From positions 1 to 60,134 of the forward strand of contig JBIKKR010000001.1 in NCBI GenBank assembly GCA_044360225.1: a stretch of DNA of 60,134 nucleotides, written 5' to 3'. Made by a program: the position numbers and the translations under genes. Source of the DNA: Bdellovibrionota bacterium. Lineage in GTDB: Bacteria; Bdellovibrionota_C; UBA2361; OMII01. Shown piece by piece: positions 27,145 to 36,854 of this stretch (positions within the stretch are counted from its first letter, which is position 1; each line of letters begins with the position of its first letter). The notes beneath the pieces are model-generated. The model saw only the letters and a list, made by a program, of their open reading frames with translations, had not been told where the DNA came from and did no database searches.

Positions 27145-27735
27145 TTAGAAGGCAACCTTAGGCGCCTCAGCTATCTCCTTTTCGTTCTCAACAGTAAAGT
27201 TCGGTTTTACCTTGGCGCCGAAGATCTTTGCTGTCAGATTTGAAGGGAACGACCTAATAACGATGTTGTATGATTTGACCGCCTCTATGTACCGTGTACG
27301 CGCCACAGAGATGCGGTTCTCGGTACCTTCAATCTGGGCTTGGAGATCACGAAAGTTTGCGTCGGCCTTAAGCTGCGGATAGTTCTCTGCAACCGCTAAG
27401 AGTCTTGAGAGAGCTCCTGAAAGGGCGCTCTGTGACTCCTGAAATCGACGAAAGGTCTCCTCGTTATCCAAGACCGATGCATCGAGGTTGATTGAGGTAG
27501 CCTTTGTACGCGCTTCCGTTACCTTTGTCAGCACCTCCTGCTCGTGCTCGGCATATCCCTTCACCGTTGATACCAGGTTTGGGATCAGGTCCGCTCGGCG
27601 CTTATACTGATTTACAACATCGGCCCACGCCGCCTGCACATGCTCATCACCAGATTGAATCGAGTTATACCCACAACCTGAAATGACGAGCGCCAGGGCG
27701 AATACTGCCAAAGAAAATAAACGTACACGTTTCAT
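27145..27735 (-). CDS. lemA: LemA family lipoprotein
   Basis: The ATG at 27735 gives MKRVRLFSLAV...LVISGCG (lipobox). VNQYKRRADLIPNLV, AENYPQLKA and EGTENRISVAR are LemA blocks. Confidence 0.85.
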   Translation of the reverse strand: MKRVRLFSLAVFALALVISGCGYNSIQSGDEHVQAAWADVVNQYKRRADLIPNLVSTVKGYAEHEQEVLTKVTEARTKATSINLDASVLDNEETFRRFQESQSALSGALSRLLAVAENYPQLKADANFRDLQAQIEGTENRISVARTRYIEAVKSYNIVIRSFPSNLTAKIFGAKVKPNFTVENEKEIAEAPKVAF

Positions 27736-27826
27736 AATAGCCTCTACGTAAGGAACACAAACTCTATAAACCACGCGATCCTACTAAGATATTCCGTAAG
27801 TATCTATAGCTTAATCGGAGGTTGCA

Positions 27827-30427
27827 TCAAGGTTTCAGCTTACTGTACCTGACCCGAATAATCCTCAGCATAAACTCCAATAAGAGCAGGATCAGTGCAA
27901 CCAGGACTAGCTCGTGGCTGTACGGCGTTACCTCACTCTCTTGATGCATGAGCGGGCGCAGATCGTCTGCCGACGGATCCACCATGCCACCTGAACGCCG
28001 TGCGAGCTCGCTTAACAACGCTAGGTCTGGTTGTCGGTGCGGTTGCTCGCCAAACTGCGATCCATCGATCTCCCACGCTACCTCTGGCAGCACTTCGGTA
28101 GCCACTGGCTTAGCGTCATCGAGGGTACCCACGAATCGCAGTCGTGCCTGATACGTTCCTGCCGACACCCGGCCGAGGCGTCCTCTAAAATGGCCTGGCT
28201 TCTCCGCAGTAAATTCCACCGTCTGCGTACTGCCGTCGGGATAGGTCACATCGCCACGAAACGATCGCCTTCCGATATCGCTAAAGAGCGCTACATCGAT
28301 GATACAGTCACCACCCTCAACCCAGGTCCGCAATTCAAACTCAACTCGATTCGGCGAGCGCTCGGTATCAAGCCGCCGCGATGACTCAACGAGGTCCGAC
28401 CAGAACTCCTGAATCCGCTCCCAACGCATCCAGTGAGATGACCACCTACCGTTTGCATCTGATGTGTATGCGATAACTCGCCCCTCACCGAGATTCCACG
28501 AAGCTAAAAGTGGATGGACACCTTCGGAGTCGCGAACCAGGAGCTCTGTCTGCGCTCTTTCTAACTCGCCTGTTTGTACAAACCCCCGTAGCGGCGGGTA
28601 TGACTGTACTGCGGTACTTACAAGTGGGTCTGGTCCTGGACGAACAGTCTGCTCTGCCTCCTCGCGCAGTGTACGCTCACCACTAGCAACCTTCACGTCC
28701 GAGAGAAACACCTTCGGGAGATTAGTCGGATCATTTGTCTGATAAAACGCACCTCCACCAGACTGTGCCATCTGCGCGAGAAATCCGTCATCGACCTCAT
28801 TTCCTACCATTACAGTCGATACCGTGACTCCGACGAATCGCATCTGTTTGATCAGATCAAAGTAGTGCGCGCCAGGATCGGGCAACTTGCCATCGGTGAG
28901 AACTATAACGTGCTTGCGCCCTGCAGGGGTCGCCGCCAGTCCACGGCGAGCTTCATCGAGTGCGGGAAAAAGATTCGTGCGACTCGTAGGAAAGAGTCGG
29001 CTGATCCTTGATAATGCCGAGTCTCGCACCTGAGAGAGCCGCGAAACCGGTAATGCTATGAAGGGCACATCATCAAACCCGATTACGCCGATATAGTCGT
29101 CGTCCTTTAAGTTGCGCACAACCTCTGCTGCTGCGGACTTGGCAAACTCAAGTCTACTGTCAGTTGCCATACTTCGGGATTTATCAACAACAAGCTGCAC
29201 TGCTATCGTCAGGCGCTTTTTTTCTGGCTGCGGCGGCAGCAGCTTAACCGGCAGTAGCTCCTCGATTGGGCTCCCGATGTAGCCTCCCAAGCCATACGAC
29301 GTTCCTCCACCCACAACGACCAGCCCACCTCCACCACGAACATATCCTCGTAGAGCTGTCGCTATCCGCGCAGGGATCCGACTCGCTGATACGTTATTCA
29401 GTACTATCGCCTCGTAGTCATGTGCAAGGAGATTTTCGGGCCTATCATCCGTAGCGCCCGCAACTACTGACCTGAGTTGGTAGGCCTGCCCCTTTAATAT
29501 CTGCGAGAGAAATCGATCATCCTCAGCACTCCCTGAGATGAGCAGCACCTTTTCACGCTTCTCACCTGAGATCCACGTTGTACGGGTCACCGCGTGTTGT
29601 CCATCGGAATCACGCCACAAAAGCCTAGCTTGAATAGGGTGCAAACCTTCGAGATTCGGATCGCTCTGGGCGGTTACCGAGAGGTCTGCGCCGGGATTAA
29701 CCGTGACTGTACGTGTGAGGACAACGTTCTCTCCGTGGCGTATCTCCACGTCTGCAACACGTGCAGCATCACTATGATTCGAGAACGTCGCCCGAATCTC
29801 GGCACTACGCTGCGCGAGGACTGTGCGCGGCGCATGTAGGTGCGAGATAGAAAGCGCGGTAGTGCTATCTTCTCCCGTTGAAGAGAGTGGGAAGAGCGGG
29901 CGCGACAAACGATCCGCCAGAGCCCCCCGAACTGAGCCAGCGGTCTCATACCCGTCACTGAGTAGCAGCACAAACGGAGCAGCAGAAGCAGCCTGTCCCT
30001 GCACAACGCCCGCTATATGAGTGCTCCCCGTATTGAGACGCTGCCACGCTGTCTGAATGCTGCGATATGAATCTCCGGGCGCTACTCGCACAGCACGCGG
30101 AACAGAGGATCCGGCAAACGGTATCACGGAGAGCGGCACTGAGAGCTTCGCTGCCAAAGCTCCCGCCTTCTGCAACAGTTGATCTCCCTGCGGTTCTGTG
30201 ATGCTGCCCGAGATGTCAAGAATCGCTGTGAGCGCTTCAAGCGGTCGGTCCTTACTACGTACCGGCACTGCCAAGCCGATAACAATACTTGAAGCGATGA
30301 GCGCGCGGATGAAGGCATAGAGCACCCCCTGTGCTCGCAGCCCACGTGGCGAACGCAGACAACTGACAGATGCAAGGAGAATTGCCGGGACAAGTAGCCA
30401 CAGTATCTCTTGATGTTGGAAGGTCAT
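27827..30427 (-). CDS. large VWA-domain membrane protein (Bat-cluster type)
   Basis: The ATG at 30427 forms an ATGA overlap with the upstream stop. MIDAS-like DISGS and DKSRS motifs are present, together with N- and C-terminal TM helices. Confidence 0.75.
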   Translation of the reverse strand: MTFQHQEILWLLVPAILLASVSCLRSPRGLRAQGVLYAFIRALIASSIVIGLAVPVRSKDRPLEALTAILDISGSITEPQGDQLLQKAGALAAKLSVPLSVIPFAGSSVPRAVRVAPGDSYRSIQTAWQRLNTGSTHIAGVVQGQAASAAPFVLLLSDGYETAGSVRGALADRLSRPLFPLSSTGEDSTTALSISHLHAPRTVLAQRSAEIRATFSNHSDAARVADVEIRHGENVVLTRTVTVNPGADLSVTAQSDPNLEGLHPIQARLLWRDSDGQHAVTRTTWISGEKREKVLLISGSAEDDRFLSQILKGQAYQLRSVVAGATDDRPENLLAHDYEAIVLNNVSASRIPARIATALRGYVRGGGGLVVVGGGTSYGLGGYIGSPIEELLPVKLLPPQPEKKRLTIAVQLVVDKSRSMATDSRLEFAKSAAAEVVRNLKDDDYIGVIGFDDVPFIALPVSRLSQVRDSALSRISRLFPTSRTNLFPALDEARRGLAATPAGRKHVIVLTDGKLPDPGAHYFDLIKQMRFVGVTVSTVMVGNEVDDGFLAQMAQSGGGAFYQTNDPTNLPKVFLSDVKVASGERTLREEAEQTVRPGPDPLVSTAVQSYPPLRGFVQTGELERAQTELLVRDSEGVHPLLASWNLGEGRVIAYTSDANGRWSSHWMRWERIQEFWSDLVESSRRLDTERSPNRVEFELRTWVEGGDCIIDVALFSDIGRRSFRGDVTYPDGSTQTVEFTAEKPGHFRGRLGRVSAGTYQARLRFVGTLDDAKPVATEVLPEVAWEIDGSQFGEQPHRQPDLALLSELARRSGGMVDPSADDLRPLMHQESEVTPYSHELVLVALILLLLEFMLRIIRVRYSKLKP

Positions 30428-32424
30428 ACCTGCTCCCTCAAGCCACACCTGCCGACAATCCGGCGCAGTAGATCGAACACCACGATGACCAGAGCACACC
30501 AGGCAAAGATTCGTTCGTAGCGGTTCGTGGCTTCGGCTCCCTCTCCAACACGGAGATTGAGGTCGGGCTCACGCGCAGTATGCTTAGTTACCCCAGTGTC
30601 GTATCCGACACCGCCCACTCCCTCACTCGACACACCGATTCCATCGCTCGCAATCGAAATCGGAGTGTCGTGGGTAAGATCCGATTCCTGGTCGGATATT
30701 GCATTCACCGCTATCAGCTGCTCTTCGCTCGAAGTCGAATCGGCATCACGAACGGCGAGCACTCCGGGCTCTGTAACTTCAACACTCCGGATACTCCCAC
30801 TAGCGAGTTGTTGCTCACGGGGCGCAATCAACTGGACCCGGATATCTGAGCCCTGCACAATCCCCGAGAGATCAATCAAACCAGTTACATCACTGCCGGA
30901 CCCGTGAGCACCTGAACTCGCAAAGAGCCACTGCCACGTGTTCAAGGTGATAATACTGAGCGTCGGTGTACGCATTCCATCGAACGGAAAAAGCTCAAAC
31001 CCAAGGATTACATACCGTTTTCCACTCTCTTCTCCCGCACACATAAGCGCACCGCCTGCTGCATGAAGTATCGGGCGAGCGCCGTTTGGACACTCAAGCA
31101 CTCGCGCTGTCGGTAGTGCGAGCAATCCCGGTCGCACATACTGCAAGAGCGGATGGGATTCATCCCAACGAGTGATCTCAACAGCTCCACTTGGACTCTG
31201 TGTAGCATCTCCCTTCACGAGTCCACCCCAGAGCTTCACACCCGCCTGCGGATAGACCACGAGAGTAGGAATGCTCGGTAACGTCGTGGGAGCTGTCCGG
31301 TGGTATAGTATTCCTCGGAGATTCCTCTCTGTTGCCACATCGTTTCCGGTCACAGAAACAGAAGCACCGAATGGAAGGCGATCGAGACCGAGGGTTTGAG
31401 GCGCGAGGGAACTGACAACGCCGAGCTTACCCCGTTCTTGAGTATGCACAACCCACGCCTCGTTATCTACTGGCAGGAGATCGTGCTCGCTCGTGACTGA
31501 AACGCGGCAGAAGCTCCACGACGAACTCAATGGTCCGAGCTGCATAAGGCTGTTCGCGCGCGCGGAAAGTCGCCGGCTTACCGAGGGCAGCGAGAACGTT
31601 GCGCTCGACGCACGGTCAGTGCAGGTTGCCGTGACGGAAACCTCATCATCCCCCATTCCGACCCGAGACACACCAACTTCAACGAGAGGACTCTGCGCCA
31701 GTCCCTGCCCTGTATCGTTTGGCGCGCGGAGCTGGAGTGAGGAGATCCAGACATTTCGCGCTTCGTCAGGATCGTACGGAACTGTGGTCACCCGTAGACG
31801 ACTACGAGCGTCTACACCTTCAATCTCCCTGTCTGTGTAGAGCCAGATGCTATCGTACTCGTTGCGTGCGCGGAGATCGGAAACCACGTTCGCGAGTGAA
31901 TCCGCATCGTATGTGGGCTGCGCGGTTGCAAGCTCTGAAACGGCGGCGCTCTTCGCGAGCGGAGAGGTTGCCCCTGCGCTACGAGGACCCGAGGTAAGCG
32001 CTCGTGCCACTCGTAGTACCGTAAAGAGCGTATCAGGAGGCGCTTGGGCGATATCAGCTGAAGCGATCCGCAGAGCCGCTTGAAGCCGCGTCTCATCACC
32101 GCTCATGCGAGCGCCCATACTCTTTGAGGTATCGATAACAACTGCCACTCGCGCCCCCGTACGAGTGAATAGAATGCCGCTTGCAGCTAATGCCAGTGCG
32201 ACTGCAAGCGCAAGCTCAAGCCAAAACTGCAGGGGAGGTACAAAGCGCCGTCGACTCGGCAGATACTGCGGTAGTTTCGCGAGAAGAAACAAGCTCGATA
32301 TGACCCTCGATTGCGTCGTGCCACGAGCACGGAAGAGATACACCAACGCACCGAGCGCAAGCGGTATCGCAGCCAAAGCCGCAGGCCATGCAAAGCTGAC
32401 CGCCATTCCGGTAAGAGCGTTCAT
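30424..32424 (-). CDS. BatA-like protein (N-terminal double-TM domain plus VWA)
   Basis: The N-terminus (MAVSFAWPAALAAIPLALGALVYLF) resembles the aerotolerance BatA N-terminal domain. A MIDAS-like motif VVIDTSKSM and a C-terminal TM are present. The start is uncertain (32424 or 32406). Confidence 0.7.
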   Translation of the reverse strand: MNALTGMAVSFAWPAALAAIPLALGALVYLFRARGTTQSRVISSLFLLAKLPQYLPSRRRFVPPLQFWLELALAVALALAASGILFTRTGARVAVVIDTSKSMGARMSGDETRLQAALRIASADIAQAPPDTLFTVLRVARALTSGPRSAGATSPLAKSAAVSELATAQPTYDADSLANVVSDLRARNEYDSIWLYTDREIEGVDARSRLRVTTVPYDPDEARNVWISSLQLRAPNDTGQGLAQSPLVEVGVSRVGMGDDEVSVTATCTDRASSATFSLPSVSRRLSARANSLMQLGPLSSSWSFCRVSVTSEHDLLPVDNEAWVVHTQERGKLGVVSSLAPQTLGLDRLPFGASVSVTGNDVATERNLRGILYHRTAPTTLPSIPTLVVYPQAGVKLWGGLVKGDATQSPSGAVEITRWDESHPLLQYVRPGLLALPTARVLECPNGARPILHAAGGALMCAGEESGKRYVILGFELFPFDGMRTPTLSIITLNTWQWLFASSGAHGSGSDVTGLIDLSGIVQGSDIRVQLIAPREQQLASGSIRSVEVTEPGVLAVRDADSTSSEEQLIAVNAISDQESDLTHDTPISIASDGIGVSSEGVGGVGYDTGVTKHTAREPDLNLRVGEGAEATNRYERIFAWCALVIVVFDLLRRIVGRCGLREQV

Positions 32425-33317
32425 ACGAACAACCCCATCCGCCCGATCGTCGCTAAAGCGCACTCCTCGCGAGAGTCGCCCGCACTAAACGCTGCCTCTG
32501 TAAACGAGATCTGGGCCGATAAACAGTGCTGGCGCACGGTTGCAATGTGCTCTCGCAGCAACACCTCGTAGCGCTCTTCGGTTGACCGAGTCACCTCTAT
32601 TCCCCGCGTCACGCCGGTTTCACTGTCGAGCATTACAAGACCTCCCTGCGCACTCCGAAGCGACCGATCGCCTGCACCGAGCACCTGAACTGCATGGATC
32701 TCCATGTTACGGGCACGCAGTGGCGCAAGCATCTGGTGGAGCGTGCTATGTGGATAAAGAAAATCCGAGATTACTACGCAGATTCCGGGAAAACGCACCC
32801 GCGCTGCCGCCTGCTTCGCCGCACGAATGAGATCGATATCGGTGGTCGTATCGGAAATAAGGCGCTCTGTCGCCTCCGAAAGAAACCTACTAAGCGGCGC
32901 AAACGCTCTACCTCCCCAGTATCGTGGACTGTGCGGTCCCCCGAGCACCGATACCATTACGGGATCCTGTGTTGCGAGTGCAATGTAGGCGACCGAGTTC
33001 GCGATTGTCACGGCAAGATCCCACTTCTCACGCAGAGCTACATGGGTGAGTGACCGTGAACCATCAATAATGATGTACACTGCAACGTTCTCTTCTTCGA
33101 GATAGCGCTTGATGTAGAGCTTATCGCTCCGGCCGTAGAGATTCCAATCTATCGCTCGTGGATTATCTCCCACTTCATACTGTCGATACTCTGCGAACTC
33201 CACACCGTGTCCCCGTCGCTGCGAGCGGTGTGCGCCCTGACGCATCCCGTAGAACGAGCGCTTCGCCCGGAGGGCAAATGAATCGAGTACGCGTAACGCC
33301 TCTGGAGAGAGTTGCAT
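32421..33317 (-). CDS. DUF58 protein (MoxR-associated VWA-like)
   Basis: GHGVEFAEYRQYEVGDNPRAIDW and YIIIDGSRS are the canonical DUF58 blocks. Confidence 0.85.
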   Translation of the reverse strand: MQLSPEALRVLDSFALRAKRSFYGMRQGAHRSQRRGHGVEFAEYRQYEVGDNPRAIDWNLYGRSDKLYIKRYLEEENVAVYIIIDGSRSLTHVALREKWDLAVTIANSVAYIALATQDPVMVSVLGGPHSPRYWGGRAFAPLSRFLSEATERLISDTTTDIDLIRAAKQAAARVRFPGICVVISDFLYPHSTLHQMLAPLRARNMEIHAVQVLGAGDRSLRSAQGGLVMLDSETGVTRGIEVTRSTEERYEVLLREHIATVRQHCLSAQISFTEAAFSAGDSREECALATIGRMGLFV

Positions 33318-33331
33318 GAGAGCACCGCTGG

Positions 33332-34348
33332 TTACTTGGCGTTACGTACCTCCTCAAGGAGGTCATCTGCGGATACACCATCGGCTTCGGCCTGAAACTG
33401 CAGGATTAACCTATGGCGTAACGTTGAATGCAGAACCTGGCGAATATCATCGAACGAGATATTTATCCTTCCATCGAGCAGCGCATTAACCTTAGCCGCC
33501 AGCACAACTGACTGAGCTCCACGCGGTCCCGGCCCGAATCTCACGTACTGCTTGACGTTCTCTGTGGCGAATTCAGAACCTGGGGTAAGCGCCGCAATAA
33601 TCCGAACAAGCACATCCTGGAGCGGGTCTGAGATTACAACGTGGCGCACAATCTCCTGCATCCGAGCGATCTCAGCGAGCGCAACATCAGGTTGAAAAAC
33701 TGGAGCGACCTGCGCAGTAACAGTACCCGTGGTACGCGAAAGGATCTCTTTGAGCTCAATGGAGCTTGGCGCAGGAACGAGCACCTTAACCAAGAATCGA
33801 TCGAGCTGTGCCTCTGGGAGCGGGTACGTCCCTTCAAGCTCGATCGGATTCTGCGTAGCCAGCACAAAGAAAGGCTGCGGCAATGCATATGTCTGATCGA
33901 GAACCGTTACCTGGCGTTCCTCCATCGCTTCAAGGAGCGAGGCCTGCGTCTTGGGTGTTGCGCGATTGATCTCATCTGCCAGCACGATGTTGGCAAATAC
34001 AGGACCCTGCTTAAACACAAATCGCCGAATACCGCCTGGTTCCTCCGTGAGTACCTGTGTTCCAGTTACATCAGATGGCATCAGATCCGGAGTAAACTGC
34101 ACACGCTTAAAGCTCAAGCCAAGAGCACGTGCGAGTGATTTTACTAAGAGGGTCTTACCCAGACCTGGGGCCCCCTCAAGGAGCACGTGCCCCCGGGCAA
34201 AGATCGCCGCGAGTGTGGAGCGAACAACCTCGTGCATACCGACGATCGTTTTGCGAACCTCGCCTTCAATGGTTTGAAATGAAGTCTGAAAATCCTTAAT
34301 CCCCTTCTCAAGGGCGGCTGCGTCCTTAAACTGCTGTGGAGTGGTCAT
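33332..34348 (-). CDS. moxR: MoxR-family AAA+ ATPase
   Basis: GAPGLGKT (Walker A), VLADEINRATPKTQASLLEAMEERQVT and the overall ~340-aa length fit the family. Confidence 0.9.
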   Translation of the reverse strand: MTTPQQFKDAAALEKGIKDFQTSFQTIEGEVRKTIVGMHEVVRSTLAAIFARGHVLLEGAPGLGKTLLVKSLARALGLSFKRVQFTPDLMPSDVTGTQVLTEEPGGIRRFVFKQGPVFANIVLADEINRATPKTQASLLEAMEERQVTVLDQTYALPQPFFVLATQNPIELEGTYPLPEAQLDRFLVKVLVPAPSSIELKEILSRTTGTVTAQVAPVFQPDVALAEIARMQEIVRHVVISDPLQDVLVRIIAALTPGSEFATENVKQYVRFGPGPRGAQSVVLAAKVNALLDGRINISFDDIRQVLHSTLRHRLILQFQAEADGVSADDLLEEVRNAK

Positions 34349-34697
34349 AGGATAGTAGTGTAGCGGGTGAGACAGGGGACGTACACGGGAAAACTAGCAG
34401 CTGCTCCAGAGCACTAGAGAAACTAGAGCGAACGACAGAAGTCTGTGGCGAAATTGATGCTTCTGTGCGGCTTATAGTGGAATAAACCAGTCAGTTGTGC
34501 GCTCAAGATGGCATAAACCACTGGTTCAACTACCAAATCGCATCTGCATAATGTGGCAGTTTCTTTCTGGCCTTTGACTGAAACACGAACTCCTGGACTT
34601 ACCAACAGATGCCCCTCAAGGGGCCGCAACTCTCTCCTCTTACATGAGGCCAAAAATGTGGGGTATGTATTGTTTGTACTAAGCGTAACACCGTCTA

Positions 34698-34768
34698 GCC
34701 GCGCATGTGTATCGCTTTCAGCCATGCCAGCTTTTTCGAGTAGACAGCGGAACAATTGCGATGTCCTG
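34698..34768 (-). mobile_element. MITE-like element, half copy E (left arm only, inverted orientation)
   Basis: The reverse complement atcgcaattgttccgctgtctactcgaaaaagctggcatggctgaaagcgatacacatgcgcggc aligns with the left arms of copies A-D. Confidence 0.55.
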
Positions 34769-34784
34769 ACACCCCCCTCCCCTT

Positions 34785-36854
34785 CTATTTGAGCACATCG
34801 CGGTACTCAAGCGGTATCGGCTGCTCGCCTTTATGCGGAACGCTCTTGGGTTTCGCGAGCGTCAGATCCTCAAGAGTTGTCTTTGGCTGTGCTACCGCGT
34901 CCCCATGCTCCGGATTGAGATCCTGACCGGTGAAGCGCTGATCGACATCTTCATCGCGGGCCTCGATCTGCACCTCCTGAAATCGCTCTTTTCCCCCTAA
35001 ACCTGGCCCCTCCGGCGCATTTGGATCGAAACCACCCTCGCGAGCCTTAGCGTTGCGATCGACCTGAGGAGATCTACCTCCCGTACTATCCTGAGAGCCT
35101 TCACCGGGAGTACCTCGTACCGCCTGCTGCTCACGCTCCTGCCTATCTGCTGCTTGCTGCTCCTCTCCCTGTTTCTCACCTCCCTGTTTCTTCCCTCCCT
35201 GACTCTCTGTTCCCTGTTTCTTTGTTCCCTGTTTCTCTTTTTCCTGCCCCTGCTTCTCTGTGTCTTGACTTCCTGCCCCCTGCTGTCCGGCTGCGGCGTC
35301 TTTCCCTTCGTGTTTTGAGTCTTGGCCCTGCTCGCCTTTAGTGGCGCTACGTTGATTAGCGGACTTTTCTGCTGCTGCTTTTTGCCCAGCGCCGTCCTTC
35401 TTCTCCTGAGCTGCATCTTGCGCTTCTCCCTTTGTGTCCGGAGACTCTCCCTGCTGATTTTTATCTCTGCCACCCTGCGGTGAGGGCTCAAGGGCTTCCT
35501 TCGCTTTACTCAGGGCGTTTTGTAACTTCTCTATCCCCTCGCGTGCGCTACCTTCGCCGGATTCATCCCCTGAATCACTACGTTTTTTACCCGCACCTTT
35601 GTTAGAACCACCTGTCTGTCCCTGCTGCCCTTCCTGCTGGCTACTTCCTGTGTCGTCCTTTTGGCCCTCACCGCGACTCTCCTGCTGACCTTGGCCTTGT
35701 TGTCCCTCTCCGGTTTGGCCGGCACCCTGTTGCCCTTGGGGCTCCGGCTGCGAGCCAGGATCTCCCTCTCCATCACCCTTTGTCCCAGCACCCGTACCGT
35801 TGTCGCCCGAACTACCTGCTTGGCCCTGCTCTCCCTGTTGCTGTCGTTGCTCTCCTTGTTGCCCCTCTTCTCCTTGTTGACCTTGCTGGCCCTGCTCACC
35901 CTTTTTTCCCTGCTCGCCTTGTTGACTCTGCCCAGCATCCTGGCTTTGCGCTCCATCCTGCGCGGATTGGTCTTGTGACTTTGCTCCTTGCTGCGCAGGT
36001 TCCTGCTTCTCGCCACCCGTCGATTCTCCACCCTTGGGGTCTCCTGCCTTAGCGTCCTGCGTCTGTGTTTGCTCTGCTCTTTGCGATTGCTTCTCTGAGC
36101 GCTCACGCTCTCCGCTACTCTGTTGCGCAGCTTCTCCATCTTTCACTGCGGGCCGCGAAGATGTACCTGCCGCATTCGTTAGAACGCTCTGAGCCGCAGA
36201 GATCGCCTGGAGAATATCACTTGATTCCGCCCGAGGATCGCTGGTTTGCTCAACGAGCAGAGCCAGAGCGCTGTGCACCTCTGTTGGAAGCTCCGGATGC
36301 GCTGCTTCGATCTCTGCTATAGCCTCTACGAGCTGATCAAGCGGGGTTCGTGGCCGCATGAACAATGTCGCAATAAGCGCTACCACACACACGACCCCCA
36401 CTGCGATCGCACGACGCTCCGCTTGCGACGCGACGTACGGAGCTATCTGCGCCGCAGTAACACCAGCTGGAATCAGCGCTGCTAGCTGCTTCGCTACAAC
36501 CCCGCGCTGCGCTCCGTACGTATCGCTCGGGAGCTTCTCTAATTCTGCAAGGGATGTCGCTCGATCCTTTGTTGCGAGAGCCGCATCCACTAGAGACGCT
36601 GCCTCTATCCGTGATACTCCAAGCGAACGTATTCCAGGCCGCCATACCCACGAGCATGCACAGAGCAACATCCCAAGGACACACCAGCCGAGCCATTTGG
36701 GAAAATTCGTGGCGATAACAATAAACAGGGTTATCGCAAGAAGAACACTGATGACGAACACACCAGCCGCATAGTGTCGATTACGTCGTTCTCGCTGCTG
36801 AACCTCTGCAATCAGATCGTTTTCTGCCTTAGGGATCGGAGATCTAGTTGTCAC
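34785..36854 (-). CDS. membrane-anchored protein with ~350-aa Q/G/E/K-rich low-complexity region
   Basis: 689 aa with N-terminal TM helices and then degenerate GEQGQQGQQGEEGQQ-type repeats. The short conserved-looking C-terminus reads IPLEYRDVLK. The start overlaps the mltG stop by 4 nt. Confidence 0.7.
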   Translation of the reverse strand: MTTRSPIPKAENDLIAEVQQRERRNRHYAAGVFVISVLLAITLFIVIATNFPKWLGWCVLGMLLCACSWVWRPGIRSLGVSRIEAASLVDAALATKDRATSLAELEKLPSDTYGAQRGVVAKQLAALIPAGVTAAQIAPYVASQAERRAIAVGVVCVVALIATLFMRPRTPLDQLVEAIAEIEAAHPELPTEVHSALALLVEQTSDPRAESSDILQAISAAQSVLTNAAGTSSRPAVKDGEAAQQSSGERERSEKQSQRAEQTQTQDAKAGDPKGGESTGGEKQEPAQQGAKSQDQSAQDGAQSQDAGQSQQGEQGKKGEQGQQGQQGEEGQQGEQRQQQGEQGQAGSSGDNGTGAGTKGDGEGDPGSQPEPQGQQGAGQTGEGQQGQGQQESRGEGQKDDTGSSQQEGQQGQTGGSNKGAGKKRSDSGDESGEGSAREGIEKLQNALSKAKEALEPSPQGGRDKNQQGESPDTKGEAQDAAQEKKDGAGQKAAAEKSANQRSATKGEQGQDSKHEGKDAAAGQQGAGSQDTEKQGQEKEKQGTKKQGTESQGGKKQGGEKQGEEQQAADRQEREQQAVRGTPGEGSQDSTGGRSPQVDRNAKAREGGFDPNAPEGPGLGGKERFQEVQIEARDEDVDQRFTGQDLNPEHGDAVAQPKTTLEDLTLAKPKSVPHKGEQPIPLEYRDVLK

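Noticed and set aside
34997-36696. Multiple ORFs of 80-200 aa in other frames and strands across the Q/G/E-rich gene.
   Set aside because: They are artefacts of the degenerate CAG/GGN/GAA repeat DNA. Their compositions (R/K/E or L/S runs) are mirror images of the real frame.
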